Shown: piece by piece, positions 61,745-64,000 of the stretch
Layout of the letters: each line of letters opens with the position of its first letter
Numbering within the stretch: the stretch's first letter is position 1
Source: Trichosphaerium sp. ATCC 40318
Lineage: Eukaryota; Protista; Tubulinea
NCBI GenBank assembly: GCA_038496445.1
Contig: JALMLS010000299.1
Location: 186,001 to 250,000 of the forward strand
Direction: 5' to 3'
Length of the DNA stretch: 64,000 nucleotides
The notes under the pieces: generated by a model
What the model saw: the letters and a program-made list of their open reading frames with translations, nothing else
Database searches by the model: none
Told to the model about the DNA's origin: nothing
Program-made: the position numbers and the translations under genes

Positions 61745-64000
61745 ATGAGCAGGACCTACCTGCGATGGAAGCTGACAGAAACCTTTGGCGTGGTTACATC
61801 AAACCCTTGTAACGTAGTTTTCGACAATGATGGGAAAGGGGCTATCACAGGCGCTTTAGAAGCCATTCTAGTATGGCATGTCAGAAAAGGCGTAATTATG
61901 CGGCATTACGTTGACATTGAAGAAAGAACAAAGGCGTCGCCCGTTGTACGCGTTTTGGTGACTCCAGATAGTAGATTATTGATAGCTGGGTATGTAGGCC
62001 CACTCCTTTGATATGAGAGCTCTCAGGGCCTAATTTATGCATAATTTTTGTTGTTACGCCCACCATTGCATGTTTTGGTGTTTTTCTCAATAAAAACAAA
62101 ATGTACTAACTGCCTGAGTAGCTACCAAGACGGCACTATACGCGTATGGGATAATAAAGAGCGAACTCTGCTCACGGTATTCCGTGGACACACTTCCACC
62201 ATTACATCACTTGTATTACATCCTGATGGCACAATACTGGCTTCTGGTAAATACAAACAGCAAAGTTTTTTTTTTTTCTCTCAACTAAACAATAAAAAAG
62301 GGTCGACTGACACAGACATAATTCTTTGGGATATTGTTGCTTTGGAAGGTCTCTTTAGGTATGTTTTAATTCATGTCAAGTTATAAAAATAACGTCACTG
62401 TAGGCTTCGCGGACACACTAATGCCATAACACATTTGAAATTTATACAAAATGGCTCTACACTCGTGTCAAGTTCCAAAGATGGCTATATCAAAGTGTGG
62501 GATTTTGAATCGCGCCATTGTGTACAAACAGTCATAAGCGACGAGGGAGAAGTGCGTAGCTATTTATTTGAAGTTGTACTCAATTGTTTTGGTAGTTTCA
62601 TGGATTTGACATTGACGATGCGGAATCGAGGTTAATAGCCCTCACGGGAAAACGCAAAGCGTTAGTGTATTACTTGGTTGAACCAGAAGTATGTTACTGG
62701 AATATTGTACTCCAGCTGTTTCACTAACACATTTCAAAGGAAGCGAAAAAGTATGAACTGGAAGAGCGCAAAGCAAACGGTATTGATGACGAAGACATTG
62801 ACGAAGAGCTACAAGTGGACACTTCTGTGTTTACACAAAAACGCATTGTGTACTGGGGCGAGTTTCCACGCAAGAGCAAGACAAACGTGCGTAAAAAGAC
62901 AACTGTTGCTTAACTGTGCATATTCAAAATCCATAAAGGTTGTATCTGTACAATATAATCCAGAAAACTCAATGGTCGCTCTACAAACCACATCGCAATT
63001 ATTGGAACTATACACAGTCAACGACGAAGAAACAATAAAGAAGAAAATGGCTAAACGAAAAAGACGTGCAAACAAGAAACAAAAAGAGCGTGCCAAGGCA
63101 GGAGACGCTGATGCAGGTATGCTATCAAGCCGGTTTAATTATCTCATCACCCATTAATACATAAAACAGAACAAGTCAATGAAGTGGTTAAGACTCCAGA
63201 TATTGAATTTCAAGCTCTGGGACTTCTCCAGGCATCTGGAAAACTATTGAGCTTTGCGTTTTCTCCAACACGTGGCTCAGGAGAGGTACAAATTTTGTTC
63301 ATTGTTTTCAAAAAAAACCAAAAGGTCTTACAGCAACTGTAAATAGATACTGTTGGCTTTAGCAGACAATCGTATGGAATTTTATCGCCCAGCTAGTGAC
63401 GGGCAAGGCTACAATAGCGTTGCCACTATTGAACAACCTGGACATCGCTCAGATATTCGTGCAGTTGCTATCAGCCCAGCAGATACCGCAATAATGACAC
63501 TCGGCCAAGGTATTGTTCACAAATTTTTAGCTACCTGTGGCGAAATTAAGCTTAATTTAGATGGTTTGAAGATATGGCGAGCTGGTACTTTGTTTTGCAT
63601 TCGCTCAATGAAAACACAAGGCTATGCAACATGTGGCTACTTTGTTGGAGGAGATCGCTACGTTAGTTGGTAAACGTGCTTATTGATGGCTAAGTTTATA
63701 TTTAGGTAATCATTGGCACACGTGAAGGAACACTTGAAATCTATGACTTGGAGATAGCGCGCAATGTAGAAAATATCAAGGCTCATGACGGCGAAATATG
63801 GGATATACATGAACGTCCTGATGGGTACGGCTTACCAAATATGAAATACATTTAGAAATAATTCTTTGTTGACAGAAAAGGATTTGTCACGGCGAGTGCT
63901 GACAATACAGTTGGCTTTTGGGACTTAGATGCTGTACCAGACAAAGAAAGGGGTGGTAGAAAACTAAGGTATTATAAACAAAGCAACTGCTTGTGGTGTG
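61745..64000 (+). CDS. WDR3: WD40 SSU-processome protein UTP12/DIP2/WDR3 (partial, runs off the right edge)
   Basis: MSRTYLRW..TFGVV; GALEAILVW; GYQDGTIRVW; FRGH; PGHRSDIRAV. Confidence 0.92.

Noticed and set aside
1-64000. Most 60-170 aa ORFs in the supplied track as independent genes
   Set aside because: They are exon fragments read into introns, or antisense shadows of spliced genes.

Overview
Nuclear DNA of a compact, intron-dense eukaryote, most likely an amoebozoan, since it carries a Dictyostelium-type 34-kDa actin-bundling protein and an ARM-repeat RhoGEF. By hand-splicing I resolve about 30 protein-coding genes, split by roughly 300 short (mostly 35-80 nt) spliceosomal introns, with intergenic spacers often under 200 bp. 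The supplied ORF track mostly shows exon fragments. I see no rRNA, tRNA, CRISPR array or intact transposon. The most notable signals are: (1) an unusual splicing landscape, with at least 6 U12-type (minor spliceosome) GT-AG introns and at least 12 GC-AG introns in 64 kb; (2) an 8-intron nuclear gene for the bacterial tRNA 2-selenouridine/geranyl-2-thiouridine synthase SelU (MnmH); (3) an apparent NECAP PHear + tandem BTB fusion; (4) a CHD remodeller with a PWWP-like N-terminus and three chromodomains; (5) an intron-free patch with a decayed M28 peptidase and a tiny G/S/N/Y-rich protein; (6) apparent enrichment of CACGTG. All gene models are manual and family calls are from recalled motifs, not database searches.
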